Shown in pieces: positions 19,566 through 30,677 of a stretch of 64,000 nt of DNA. Under the pieces are notes generated by a model. It was not told the origin of the DNA, did not search any database, and worked only from the letters and a program-made list of their open reading frames with translations. Within the stretch, counting starts at the first letter, position 1; each line of letters begins with the position of its first letter. A program made the translations under genes and the position numbers. This DNA is from Meiothermus sp. (lineage in GTDB: Bacteria > Deinococcota > Deinococci > Deinococcales > Thermaceae): NCBI GenBank assembly GCA_033762915.1, contig JANRLD010000078.1:1-64000 (forward strand). Direction: 5' to 3'.

Positions 19566-19763
19566 AAAAAAGTCGTCCTTATTGTTGCATGGCGTTACGG
19601 ATAGTGGAGTGCAAATGAGCGGCATGGGGCCGCATAGAAGCGGCGGAACGGGGGAATAGAGAATTAGAGGAGCAAAACCAGTGGCACGAACCCCTTTCCC
19701 CAACCTCGCCGCCCTGTGCGTCTGGCCACTGGGCCTCCCGCTTCCCGCTTCCCGCCCGTATGA

Positions 19764-21206
<1,443 letters not shown>

Positions 21207-21602
21207 GGGAAGCAACCGGGGCCGCCTCGAGCTGCCAGGGAAAAGCAACCCCCGACGTTGCCGGGAACGGACCGGCGGCTCGAGCGAACTGCGGGCTTGG
21301 GTCCCTGACGGGTGCGGGAGGCCAAGTAGGCCCGCTTTAGCGCACGCTTTAGCGCATCACTGCGCGAGGCGTAGGGGTGAAAAGCGCCGTCAGGACTGTC
21401 GCCAATAGATGAACCGGCGCTAGAACTCGAGGCGGGTTGCCTATGGCCTGAGCCCCTCTATCTTCATCCCCATCTCCCCTGCTCTGGCGCTCCCCGGCCC
21501 CTCCCCGTGACTTAACCCGCCCCTAAGCTGTGACGTATGCACCCGCCGCCGCTCCCCCAATTGCTATCCTGAGCCCTTGAGAAAGGGTTTTCGGGTTTAT
21601 CC

Positions 21603-22232
21603 GTGGCGATATTTGGGAACTTGGCGGACATGCCGTTGCCGGACCTGCTGCCCATGCTGGGGCGGCGGAGTGGGGTGCTCGAGCTGTGGAACCTCGAGGG
21701 CGGGCACAACGTCAGCCTCTGGCTCGAGACTGGGCAGGTCAAGGGGGTCTGGCATACGGGGAAAAGTTTGGAACCAAACCAGGCCCGTCTCATGGTTCTT
21801 GAGCTTATGAACAGCAAACATGGTAGTTTTGAGTTCATGTTGGGCTCACCCAAGATGGTCTGTCAGTTTCCGCTCAACTGGTCGGTGGAAAAGTTGCTGA
21901 TGGTCACTTTCCCGACCGGCGAAACCCCGGCCCAGACCCAACTCCCCGACCCCGAGACCAAGTTTCAGGCGGTCTCGCTGGAGGTCTGGCTGGACGAGCC
22001 GCTGTTCGGCTTCTGGCAGAAAGCGCGGCCCCTGCTGGCCCGCGGAGCCTCTTCGCAGGAGGTCGCCAGGCATCTTGGACTGCCCCTCGAGCAAGTCCAG
22101 AAGTCGCTGCACCGCCTGCGCCTGGCGGGCCGGGTGAGCCCGGTCAGGGCCTTCAGGGTCGAGGCCGCCACCAAGGAGCGCCGCAGCCTGGTCTCGAGGC
22201 TGCTGGACGCCCTCTTCGGGAGGCGGCGCTAG
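21603..22232 (+). CDS. DUF4388/PatA-N-like domain plus C-terminal winged HTH
   Basis: FGNLADMPLPDLLPML....G.L pattern, GSFEF, SSQEVARHLGLPLEQVQKSLHRLRLAG. Confidence 0.7.
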   Translation: MAIFGNLADMPLPDLLPMLGRRSGVLELWNLEGGHNVSLWLETGQVKGVWHTGKSLEPNQARLMVLELMNSKHGSFEFMLGSPKMVCQFPLNWSVEKLLMVTFPTGETPAQTQLPDPETKFQAVSLEVWLDEPLFGFWQKARPLLARGASSQEVARHLGLPLEQVQKSLHRLRLAGRVSPVRAFRVEAATKERRSLVSRLLDALFGRRR

Positions 22233-22340
22233 TGTTGCGCCCGGTCAAGATCGCTGCCGAGCGGCCTCGGCGAACCGGCGGGCCAAACGTCCGCCGGTGC
22301 CCGGCTGCCTCGGCGCTCGAGGCCCCGCGGAGGTCGCCTA

Positions 22341-22865
22341 GTGCGCCCGCTTAAGCTGCTGGTGGTCGGTCCGGTGGGGGCAGGCAAGACCGCCTTCATC
22401 CAGGCCCTCTCCGAGACCGAGGTGGTCGAGACCGACGAGTTGGCCTCGGAGGAGATCGGCAAGGAGCGCACCACCGTGGCCCTCGACTACGGCACCCTAA
22501 CCCTGGACGGCATCCCCATCCACCTCTGGGGCACCCCGGGGCAAGAGCGCTTCAGCTTCATGTGGGATCTGCTGGCCGAGGGGGCGCTGGGCCTGGTGCT
22601 GCTGGTGCCCGGCGACAACCCCCGCGACTTTCCCAAGGCCCGGATGATCCTCGAGTACGTCACCAGCCGACACCCCATCCCCTACATGGTCGGCGTGACC
22701 CGACAAGACCTCCCCAAGGTCTGGACCGCCCAGGACGTGGCCGACTACTTCGAGCTCGACGAGCGGCAGGTCATGGGCATGAACGCCCTCAGCCCCACCA
22801 GCTCGGTTCTGGCCCTGATTAAGCTGCTCGAGTTCGTCCAGGGCGAGACTTGGAAGGGCGTTTAG
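22341..22865 (+). CDS. MglA/CvnD-like small GTPase
   Basis: G1 GPVGAGKT, TTVALDYG, G3 GTPGQERF, G4-like TRQD. Confidence 0.88.
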   Translation: MRPLKLLVVGPVGAGKTAFIQALSETEVVETDELASEEIGKERTTVALDYGTLTLDGIPIHLWGTPGQERFSFMWDLLAEGALGLVLLVPGDNPRDFPKARMILEYVTSRHPIPYMVGVTRQDLPKVWTAQDVADYFELDERQVMGMNALSPTSSVLALIKLLEFVQGETWKGV

Positions 22866-22936
22866 GGCGGACGTCGGCAAAACCCTGCGCTTCACTTTCC
22901 TGCCCTTTTGCTTAGAATGCTGCTGCGAAGGAACCT

Positions 22937-23314
22937 ATGGCCCATAACCAGCAATTACTCGGCATGCTCAACCAATTGCAGCACGACATTTCTGGGGTCC
23001 GGGGGGTGATGCTGGCGGCCTCCGACGGCATCCCGCTGGCCCACAACTTCCCCGAGTCCGCCGCCGGGCGCATCGGAGCGATGGCGGCAGCCGCGCTAGG
23101 CCTGGCCAAGCGGGTCACGGTGGCCACCCAGATGGGCGACCTCTCCGAGACCACCGTCCGGGGCGAGAAGGGCTACCTACTGATCTTTTCCGCCGGCCCC
23201 AAGGGCGTACTGATCGTGGCCGCCGCCCTAAGTGTGGACTTGCTCGAGGCCACCCACAAGGCCCGCACCCTGGCCCAGCGCATCGCACCGGAGCTCGAGG
23301 GCGTCGAGGTGTAG
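22937..23314 (+). CDS. Roadblock/LC7 domain protein (MglB-like)
   Basis: GVMLAASDGIPLA, AMAAAALGLA, VRGEKGYLL; adjacent to the small GTPase. Confidence 0.88.
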   Translation: MAHNQQLLGMLNQLQHDISGVRGVMLAASDGIPLAHNFPESAAGRIGAMAAAALGLAKRVTVATQMGDLSETTVRGEKGYLLIFSAGPKGVLIVAAALSVDLLEATHKARTLAQRIAPELEGVEV

Positions 23315-23377
23315 AAAGTAGGAGTGAGTCGGTATCGACCGTCAGTCGTCCTCAGCAACAGCGGCAAACTACTACAC

Positions 23378-23471
23378 AGGGCAACCCACGCCGATGCAAG
23401 ATTGCGAAAGGCTGTCAACGGCGACATCAAACTGGCGACAGACGCAAAATTCTTCGCTCCGCAAAGGGCGC
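23378..23471 (+). repeat. Repeat family C copy 1
   Basis: AGGGC-AACCCACGCCGATGCAAGATTGC...CATCAAACTGGCGA...CTTCGCTCCGCAAAGGGCGC aligns with the reverse complement of 26054-26154. Confidence 0.5.
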
Positions 23472-23635
23472 TTCACTCAGAGTGATAACGCTTTAGGTGA
23501 GATTTTGGCTGCCTTCTTCCTCACCCCCAATCCCCCATCTTCAATCTCCAGACCCATGGACAAACTCCCCTCTGCTCTCCCATTTGTACCGAAAATCCCA
23601 CATCCCCCTGCCCTATAAAATGTAAACTACCCTAA

Positions 23636-24499
23636 ATGGTCGTCCTATCCGGTCGTCTAAAGACCTATCTCGAGCTGATCCGCTTCGAGCACACCCTGTT
23701 CGCCCTGCCCTTCGCCTACGGCGGGATGCTGATGGCCGCGCAGGGCTGGCCCGGCTGGGGCATCTTCGCCTGGATCACCGTGGCCATGGTGGGTGCGCGG
23801 ACGGGCGCGATGGCGCTCAATCGGCTGATCGACCGCTCCATCGACGCCGCCAACCCGCGCACCGCCGGACGTCACCTGCCCCGGGGAGTGGTCAGCCCGG
23901 CGGAGGTGCTGGTGCTGGCGGTGGTAGGGCTGCTGTGCCTGACGCTGGCGGCCTTCAACCTCAACCCCCTGACGGCGATGCTGCTGCCGGTGGCGGTCTT
24001 CTTCCTGGTCGGCTACAGCTATACCAAGCGTTTCACCTGGCTATGCCACTTTTGGATGGGCCTGACCATCGGAGCGGCTACTGCAGGTGGCTGGATCGCG
24101 GTGACCGGGGCCTTCGAGCCCGCGCTGTTCGCGCTGTGGGCGGGCACCGCCTTCTGGCTAGCCGGCTTCGACATCCTCTACGCCACCCAGGACTTCAAGT
24201 TTGACCGTGAAAATGGCATCTACAGCGTCCCGGCCCGCTTCGGCATCCCGACCGCCCTCAAGATCGCCCAGGTCTGCCACGCCCTGACATTCGGCTTTTT
24301 CCTCCTCACCGGCGCCCTGAGCGGCGCAGGCCCCATCTACTTCCTGGGCGTGCTGGCGGTGGGGGCGGTGTTGGTCTATGAGCACTGGCTGGTCAAGCCT
24401 GATGACCTGACCAAGGTAGACCAGGCCTTTTTCCAGGCCAACGTGGTGGTGAGCCTGGGAATGCTGCTGATTATCCTGCTCGACACGCTGGTGCGGTGA
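23636..24499 (+). CDS. UbiA-family polyprenyltransferase (MqnP-like)
   Basis: IRFEHTLFALPFA, NRLIDRSIDAANPRT, YSYTKRFT, GFDILYATQD. Confidence 0.9.
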   Translation: MVVLSGRLKTYLELIRFEHTLFALPFAYGGMLMAAQGWPGWGIFAWITVAMVGARTGAMALNRLIDRSIDAANPRTAGRHLPRGVVSPAEVLVLAVVGLLCLTLAAFNLNPLTAMLLPVAVFFLVGYSYTKRFTWLCHFWMGLTIGAATAGGWIAVTGAFEPALFALWAGTAFWLAGFDILYATQDFKFDRENGIYSVPARFGIPTALKIAQVCHALTFGFFLLTGALSGAGPIYFLGVLAVGAVLVYEHWLVKPDDLTKVDQAFFQANVVVSLGMLLIILLDTLVR

Positions 24500-24553
24500 G
24501 GCGTTCGGAGTTCGAGCGGCGCGGAAAAAGCCGGGCAGCCCGCCCGGGCTCAG

Positions 24554-24642
24554 AGCGGTTTCCACGAACACTCGGTACGGCGGTTTTTGCCGTACCGATC
24601 GCAATACTCCGCCCACGGTGCAGAGTATGGGTGGGAAACGCG
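24554..24642. repeat. Repeat family B element between convergent genes
   Basis: AGCGGTTTCCACGAA ... GTGGGAAACGCG imperfect terminal inverted repeats, internal hairpin CGGTACGGC-N-GCCGTACCG. Confidence 0.55.
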
Positions 24643-24670
24643 ATCAGTCAAAAAAAGCCAGAAGCTGCCC

Positions 24671-25990
24671 CTATTCTCTCGAGCCCGCCCCTGCCCTTAG
24701 CCCGACAGGATCGAGGCGGTTTGCCGCGTAGTAGAGCGGAATTCCCACCAAGACCAGTAGCCACCCCACCCCGAACACGAACCAGCCCCAAGCGAAGCCG
24801 CCCACGAACAGAACCAGGGCGTTGAGAATTAGCAGGAAGCCGATCAGCCCATACTGCAGCGCCGATACGCCGCCCCTGAACCGCCGCAGATACAGCCAGT
24901 AGGCCACCGGCAACAGCACGAAGACCACCATGTAGCCCACGTTGGCGGTAGCCAGGATCGCCACCAGTTGGCCTTGGAAGATCACCAGCAGGCCAACGTT
25001 AAGGATCAGGTCGAGCACCAGCGAGCCCTGCGGCGTGCCGTGACGGTTGACGGCCCGAAAGTAGGGCGGCAGCAGGCCATCGTCGGCCATCTGGTAGAGG
25101 GTGCGGGTGGAGGGGATCAGGATGGCCAGGGCGCTATAGAGCAGTGCGCCCACCAGCATCAGCGAGAGTAACAGACCACCGGTGGGGCCGAGGTGCCGGG
25201 TGAACAGCGGCTCGAGGCTTGCAAAGATGTCCTGGTTCAGCGCCGTCCAGTCGATCAGCAGGGCCAGCAGCAGGGGAATCCCGGCGAAGGCGGGCAGGCT
25301 CCACAGCGCTGCCAGGCCGAACATCCGGCGGGTCTGGCGCCCCCCCGTCTCGGCTACCACCGAGGAGATCATCTCGAGGCCGTACGCCGTCCAGGCCATT
25401 ACGAAGAACCACTTGAGCAGCACTACCCAGCCAGGGAACTCGCCCGGCGTAAAGGCCGCCTCGAGGCGCGCGGGGGTCACGGTCTGAAAAGCGATGTAGA
25501 CCAGCAGCATCAGCGGTAGTGCCACCACCGCCGCCAACAGGTACCCCGAAAAGATCACCTTGGACAGCCCAAAATAGTTCAACCCGTAGAGCAACGCCAC
25601 GATCAGCAAGGTCAGCACAATCGGGTTGAAGCTGGTGCCCAGAATCCCGTTGATGAGGTTGGCGCACAGGTACCCGTTGAGCGCTGTGGCGGGTGTCCAG
25701 GCCAGCCAGTAGCCCCAGCCTGACAGAAAGGCCAGCGGGCGCAGCCTGCCCTGGAACACCTCGAGCGCGTAGGTCGCGGTCCCCCCCGCCTTGTGCGGGA
25801 AGCGTAGGGCCAGCTCGAGCAGCACCCAGGCCTGCACTGCCCCCACCAGCGCCACCACCCCCCACAGCACCAGCGACCAAGCCCCGATCTCCGAGAGCGC
25901 CCACCCCGCCGAGAACAACACCGGCAAGAACCCGCCGGAGATGAGCAGAAGGGCGCTGAACCAGTGGAGGGTAGAGGGGAGTTTGTTCAT
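24671..25990 (-). CDS. APC-family amino acid permease
   Basis: About 12 TM segments, ELA..FP.KAGG, AYGLE, R.LYQMADDGLLP..F..VNRHGTP. Confidence 0.85.
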   Translation of the reverse strand: MNKLPSTLHWFSALLLISGGFLPVLFSAGWALSEIGAWSLVLWGVVALVGAVQAWVLLELALRFPHKAGGTATYALEVFQGRLRPLAFLSGWGYWLAWTPATALNGYLCANLINGILGTSFNPIVLTLLIVALLYGLNYFGLSKVIFSGYLLAAVVALPLMLLVYIAFQTVTPARLEAAFTPGEFPGWVVLLKWFFVMAWTAYGLEMISSVVAETGGRQTRRMFGLAALWSLPAFAGIPLLLALLIDWTALNQDIFASLEPLFTRHLGPTGGLLLSLMLVGALLYSALAILIPSTRTLYQMADDGLLPPYFRAVNRHGTPQGSLVLDLILNVGLLVIFQGQLVAILATANVGYMVVFVLLPVAYWLYLRRFRGGVSALQYGLIGFLLILNALVLFVGGFAWGWFVFGVGWLLVLVGIPLYYAANRLDPVGLRAGAGSRE

Positions 25991-26053
25991 AGGGGTTAGG
26001 GGCCTGGGGAAGTATGGCCAACAATTCACTTCAAAGAACCGGGGTCACACCAT

Positions 26054-26154
26054 GCGCCTGTTGTGCGGCGAAGCATCTGTCGTGGCATGATCTCGTCAAC
26101 TTGATGCCGGTGGTGAGGGTCTGCTGCAAGATTGCCTCGGCGTGGGTTCGCCCT
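26054..26154 (-). repeat. Repeat family C copy 2
   Basis: Reverse complement AGGGCGAACCCACGCCGAGGCAATCTTGC...CATCAAGTTGACGA...CTTCGCCGCACAACAGGCGC is similar to 23378-23471. Confidence 0.5.
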
Positions 26155-26252
26155 TCGGAGATCCTTCGCGTACAGCGGGTCGAGTTACGGCCCTTCACGC
26201 GGCAAACTGTACCCGCCCGGGATGACAACGGTTTTGGTGAGGCAGTTTGCCG

Positions 26253-27368
26253 CTAACACGCACACCGGCTGGTGCAGCACGCCTGCAAATCGTCGGCCCA
26301 CATGCCGCGCTTGCGGTACAGCTCGAGGGCACTGGTGTCGGCCCCAAGCCTCTTCCCTATCTCCTCGGCCACCACCGGGAAGCGGGCGCGGTACTTGTAG
26401 ATGAAGCAGAAGGCAGTGTCGAGGTGGTTGACCTTGGGGCCAACCAGGAAGAGGCCCTTGGCGGCGGTGGACTCGTCCTTCTCGCTGAGCAGGGGCTTGC
26501 CGTCCACGACCTCGAAGAGGTCGTCCAGGGGCTCGAGGCCACCCCCGAAGCCGGTCGCCACGATGGGCGGGTTGGAGGCCTTGATCGCCCCCTCTTGGTG
26601 GTGGATCAGGTAGTGGTCGCGCTTCTTCTCGACCTTGTCCACACCCAGCTGCGCCAGCGTGATGCGCCCGCTGTTAATCAGGCCTTGCAGGCGCTCCCTG
26701 GTGAAGGGGGCCAGGTCCACCGAGGGTTCACCCTCCTGCGACTCCCAGGGGGCGTTGGGGTCGAGCACGATGACCTCCTTACCCAGCAAGGCCAGGTTGT
26801 AGGCTGCGTCCATGCCGGACTCATAGCCGCCCAGCACCACGTGCTTGTCCCCCCTGACTTGGCCCCAGCTTTTCACCTTGCCGTAGTGAATTCCGTGCTC
26901 CGAGCCCTCGATGGGGTATAGGGGGAACTGGAACTCGCCCGTGGCCCAGATCAGGAAGCGGGTGTGGAACCTGCCGTCGTCGGTGTGGACGATGAAGCCC
27001 TCTTGGTCCAAAAGCTGCTCCACCCGCTCGACGCTCACGCCCTCAGAGATCGGCAGACCGTAGTGGCGGGCCAGGCCCTTGAGGTACTTGGCGTACTCCG
27101 GGCCGCTGGGATGCTCTTTGCCCAGGCTAAAGGCGGGCGAGGTGTCGGGGGTGACGGCATTGAGATCGGGCAGGTTAAAGGCGTTGGAGGTGAAGGAGGG
27201 GGTGATGAAGCGCGTCTCGAGGGGCCACTGCGCGAAGGAGTGGCCGACCGCGTGGCGCTCGAGGATGCCGAAGTTAAGCTCGAGCTTGCTCAGTGCGACC
27301 CCGATCCCCACACCCGCCGCCCCCGCCCCCACCACCAGCACGTCCAGTCGCTCCACAGTCGCCCCCAT
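26253..27368 (-). CDS. NAD(P)/FAD-dependent oxidoreductase with Cys-rich C-terminal tail
   Basis: VVGAGAAG, WATGE, GGYESG, FCFIYKYR, ends ACCTSRCAC. Confidence 0.85.
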   Translation of the reverse strand: MGATVERLDVLVVGAGAAGVGIGVALSKLELNFGILERHAVGHSFAQWPLETRFITPSFTSNAFNLPDLNAVTPDTSPAFSLGKEHPSGPEYAKYLKGLARHYGLPISEGVSVERVEQLLDQEGFIVHTDDGRFHTRFLIWATGEFQFPLYPIEGSEHGIHYGKVKSWGQVRGDKHVVLGGYESGMDAAYNLALLGKEVIVLDPNAPWESQEGEPSVDLAPFTRERLQGLINSGRITLAQLGVDKVEKKRDHYLIHHQEGAIKASNPPIVATGFGGGLEPLDDLFEVVDGKPLLSEKDESTAAKGLFLVGPKVNHLDTAFCFIYKYRARFPVVAEEIGKRLGADTSALELYRKRGMWADDLQACCTSRCAC

Positions 27369-27454
27369 AGGTCTTCAGCTTTCGGCAAAAGTCGGTAGAG
27401 TATATGCCCTCGCCCCGAACCCGCGCTGTGGGGAGCGGTAGGGTTGCGCGGGCC

Positions 27455-28543
27455 TCACGCCTTCACGGGCGATAGGCAGTCTTTCAGGCGCTTCTCGAGC
27501 ACGCGCCGCTGCTTCAGGATCCCCTGGCCGATAAAGACGATCTCGGTGGGCTCCTGGTTGAGGGCCTCGAGCAGTTGCCTGTAGCGCTTCTGATCTTCGG
27601 GGGGCAGGGCCTCGAGCTGGTGCTGGTGCAAGGGCTCCATGCGCGGCTCGAGGACAATCTGCTTGCCCGCCTGCGAGAGCGTCACCGGGACATGGTTGGC
27701 AAACTTGACCCAGCCCTTGGCCCGCACCACGTTCTTGGGCCAGCTATGCAAGAACTGCTCGAAGGCATCGGCATCAAAGCCGACCTCGCTGCGGTAGACA
27801 AAGCTCTCGAAGCCATACTCCTCGACCTCCGAGTTGGGCTTGTCCCACTCGGCTTCCCAGTCGGGGTGGGCCATACCCTGCTCGTAGTTGTAGAGGCCGG
27901 TGTTCATCAGCTTGTCTGGCCCGATTTGGCCTTTTACGGTGCGGTGGATCTGGGCGTAGGGGTTCATCTCGTGGACGAAGCTCTCCAGCCTCGCCAGGGC
28001 CGCCTCGTCCACCCGGTCGGCCTTGTTCACCAGCACCACCGAGGTGAACTCGAGCTGATCGGACAGCAGTGAAGCCAGGGGCTGCTCCACCGGATTGCCC
28101 TCCTCGTCCTCGACCATATCCTTGCGGTTCCAGTCGTCCCAGAAGGCCTCGGCGTCCACCACAGTGATGATGCTGTCGAGCCGGACGCGCTGGGGCAAGT
28201 CTTCGATGTGGAAGGTCTGGGCGATGGGGAGCGGCTCCCCGATACCGGTGGACTCGATGAGGATGTAGTCCAGGTCCATCGCGGAAAGCTCGCGCAACTC
28301 GTTGAGCAGGTCTTCGCGCAGGGTGCAGCAGATGCAGCCGTTGGACATCTCCACCATCTTCTCGGTGGTGTGACGCACCAGCCTCGAGTCCACGTTCACC
28401 TCGCCAAACTCGTTGACCACGATGGCGATTTTCTTGCCGTGCTGGGCGGAGAGCAGGTGATTAATCAGGGTGGTCTTCCCCGCGCCGAGGAAGCCCACCA
28501 GTACGCTGGCAGGGACGGGTCGGGCGGGCGGGGCGGCGTTCAC
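27455..28543 (-). CDS. COG0523 G3E GTPase, zinc metallochaperone (CobW/YciC/ZigA family)
   Basis: [31 protein letters not shown]. Confidence 0.93.
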   Translation of the reverse strand: MNAAPPARPVPASVLVGFLGAGKTTLINHLLSAQHGKKIAIVVNEFGEVNVDSRLVRHTTEKMVEMSNGCICCTLREDLLNELRELSAMDLDYILIESTGIGEPLPIAQTFHIEDLPQRVRLDSIITVVDAEAFWDDWNRKDMVEDEEGNPVEQPLASLLSDQLEFTSVVLVNKADRVDEAALARLESFVHEMNPYAQIHRTVKGQIGPDKLMNTGLYNYEQGMAHPDWEAEWDKPNSEVEEYGFESFVYRSEVGFDADAFEQFLHSWPKNVVRAKGWVKFANHVPVTLSQAGKQIVLEPRMEPLHQHQLEALPPEDQKRYRQLLEALNQEPTEIVFIGQGILKQRRVLEKRLKDCLSPVKA

Positions 28544-28707
28544 AGCTTTTGCTCCTTGAACTCCACGTGGCGACCTGCCCGGGGGTCGTACTTGCGCAGG
28601 GTGAGTTTCTCCGGGGTGTTCTGCCGGTTCTTGCTGGTGACGAAGAAGGTCCCCGTTCCGGCGACGGAGACCATCTTGACCAATATGCGCGGGCCTTGCT
28701 TAGCCAT
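28540..28707 (-). CDS. rpmG: 50S ribosomal protein L33, cysteine-free paralog (not in ORF track)
   Basis: Manual translation [55 protein letters not shown]. Stop overlaps the COG0523 start (GTGA). Confidence 0.95.
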   Translation of the reverse strand: MAKQGPRILVKMVSVAGTGTFFVTSKNRQNTPEKLTLRKYDPRAGRHVEFKEQKL

Positions 28708-28710
28708 AGT

Positions 28711-28732
28711 TATTGATATTGCATTATCAATA
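28711..28732. promoter_or_regulatory. Palindromic metalloregulator box (Zur-like) at the rpmG promoter
   Basis: TATTGATA-TTGCAT-TATCAATA, 3 nt from the rpmG ATG. Minus-strand TTGACA at 28740-28745. Confidence 0.75.
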
Positions 28733-28901
28733 GTTGGTTTGTCAAATCGGCCAGCGATGTACCCTCAGGGCGGCCCTCGAGTTTTTCCCGGCCAGGAGAC
28801 CCCAAGCGCTTGGGCGGATCCTATCCCTCAAGGGAACGGCTCCCGCAGGTGGACGGGGTACTCTGCCGCAGTGGCGCGAAACGCGAAAAACCTCCGCCAA
28901 G

Positions 28902-29104
28902 TCAAGCGTCAAGCCTAACTCCGCCGCGCGGCGCCTGCCGCTCGAGGCGCAGCACCAGATCGTTGACGGGATGTCCGAAATACTCCGTAACCTGCTCCCC
29001 CCGACTTCCCGTACGAGGTCGGCGAAGACGGTGGTGGTGGCGGCAACGTTCAACTGCGCCTGAGCCAGCCCGCACAGAGCAATGACCCCCAGACAACGCT
29101 TCAC
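28902..29104 (-). pseudogene. Remnant of a ZnuA/TroA-type metal ABC substrate-binding protein
   Basis: Signal peptide plus LNVAATTTVFADLVREVGG (cluster A-I N-terminal motif). Similarity is then lost before the expected DPH motif. Confidence 0.6.
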
Positions 29105-29112
29105 ATCCATAT

Positions 29113-29130
29113 TTGATAATCAATTATCAA
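29113..29130. promoter_or_regulatory. Second palindromic metalloregulator box (Zur-like)
   Basis: TTGATAAT-CA-ATTATCAA, same consensus as the box at 28713-28730, just upstream of the znuA-like remnant. Confidence 0.75.
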
Positions 29131-29206
29131 TAGCGTCAAGCGGACCCGCCACAAATCCTCCCCGAGGCGCGAAGGGAGAGCGGCTCGAGTGGTAGACTCG
29201 TCTCTC

Positions 29207-30442
29207 ATGGACACCTTCGGGCTGTACGAGAGGCACGTCAACCCCGGTCTGGCTGGTCTGCTGCGCTTCACCGGGCTGGACAAGATCGAGTCCCACGCCC
29301 AGGGCGTGTATGTCTGGGACACCGAGGGCAAGCAGTACCTCGACTTCCTCGGCCTCTACGGCACGCTCTGCCTGGGCCACCGACACCCCAAGGTCGTCGC
29401 GGCCGTCAAGGCCCAACTGGACAGGATGCCCATGTCGGTGCGGGTGATGGTCTCGGAACCCACGGCCCGGCTCGCCGCCAAGCTGGCCGAGGTCACGCCC
29501 GGCGACCTGAGCATGGTCTACTTCGGCAACTCCGGCGCCGAGGGCGTGGAGGCCGCGCTCAAGTTCGCCCGCTTCTTCACCCGCAAGCCGGGCTTTATCA
29601 CCACCCAGAACGGCTACCACGGCAAGACCATGGGGGCACTCTCGGTCACCCCCAAGGAGCACTATCAGCTCCCCGCCGCCCCGCTGGTGCCGGGGGTGAC
29701 GGTGGTTCCGTTCGGCGACGCCGCGGCGATCGAGAATGCCATCGGGCCGGACACCGCAGCGGTGATCGTGGAACCCATCCAGGGCGAGGGCGGGATTCGG
29801 GTGCCGCCGGACGGTTACCTGCTCGAGGTGCGCCGAATCACCCGCGAGAGGGGCGTGCTGCTGATCGCCGACGAGGTGCAGACGGGCATGGGCCGCACCG
29901 GCAGGCTATGGGCGGTCGACTGGGAGGGGGTGGAGCCCGACATCCTGGTCTCCTCCAAGGCCCTCGGCGGCGGGGTGATGCCCATCTCTGCCACGGTGAT
30001 GCGCCCCGAGATTGCCGCAATTTATAAGGAGCAGCCCCTGATTCACTCCACCACCTTCGGCGGAAACCCGCTGGCCACGGCCGCGGCGCTGGCGGCTTTG
30101 GAGGTGACGGTTGAGGAAGGCTTGCCCGCCAGGGCGGTGGAGATGGGCGACTACCTGATGGGTGGGCTCGCCCAGCTCCGGGCCGCCTTCCCCGATTTCA
30201 TCCAGGAGGTGCGCGGGCGCGGGCTGCTGGTGGGCCTCGAGTTCACCGACGCCGACATCGGCGGGCTGGTGGTCTCTGAGTTAGCCACCCGAGGCATCCT
30301 GACCGCCTTCGGGCTGAACAACCCCAAGGTGGTGCGGCTCGAGCCGCCCCTGATCGTGGAGAAAGCGCACATAGACCAGTGCTTGGACGCGCTCGACGGG
30401 GCGCTGAAGGCCACGGCAGAGGCGCTGGAGGGGGTTTTGTAA
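29207..30442 (+). CDS. Class III PLP aminotransferase (putrescine/acetylornithine aminotransferase-like)
   Basis: NSGAEGVEAALK, YHGKT, EPIQGEGG, DEVQTGMGRTG, SKALGGG, TTFGGNP. Confidence 0.9.
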   Translation: MDTFGLYERHVNPGLAGLLRFTGLDKIESHAQGVYVWDTEGKQYLDFLGLYGTLCLGHRHPKVVAAVKAQLDRMPMSVRVMVSEPTARLAAKLAEVTPGDLSMVYFGNSGAEGVEAALKFARFFTRKPGFITTQNGYHGKTMGALSVTPKEHYQLPAAPLVPGVTVVPFGDAAAIENAIGPDTAAVIVEPIQGEGGIRVPPDGYLLEVRRITRERGVLLIADEVQTGMGRTGRLWAVDWEGVEPDILVSSKALGGGVMPISATVMRPEIAAIYKEQPLIHSTTFGGNPLATAAALAALEVTVEEGLPARAVEMGDYLMGGLAQLRAAFPDFIQEVRGRGLLVGLEFTDADIGGLVVSELATRGILTAFGLNNPKVVRLEPPLIVEKAHIDQCLDALDGALKATAEALEGVL

Positions 30443-30515
30443 GTCAACGAGCACTGTGCTCTGAACGTCGCGGTTGCCCCCTCTGAACTCGCAGACTCGC
30501 CCGGGCGCAACCTGG

Positions 30516-30605
30516 AGCGGTTCCCACGAATGCTCGGTGCGGCGGTGTTTGATATGCCGGGTACATTACGGCGCCCCGCGCTTCGCCGTAAGGGTGGGAA
30601 CCGCC
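30516..30605. repeat. Repeat family B element (MITE-like)
   Basis: AGCGGTTCCCAC ... GTGGGAACCGCC terminal inverted repeats, internal GTACATTACG shared with 32362-32467. Confidence 0.7.
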
Positions 30606-30677
30606 ATAGGCGGTTTTCTACACCCCACCGCGTCTAGGGTCCCGGCGCTGATGGAGCCAACAGCACAGGCGCTGAAA

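Noticed and set aside
23361..23450. GGCAAAC ... GAAA ... GACGCAAA resembling a c-di-GMP-I riboswitch
   Set aside because: The motifs are about 70 nt apart rather than about 20, no P2 stem with a tetraloop receptor is evident, and the region is better explained as repeat family C. An Rfam search would settle it.
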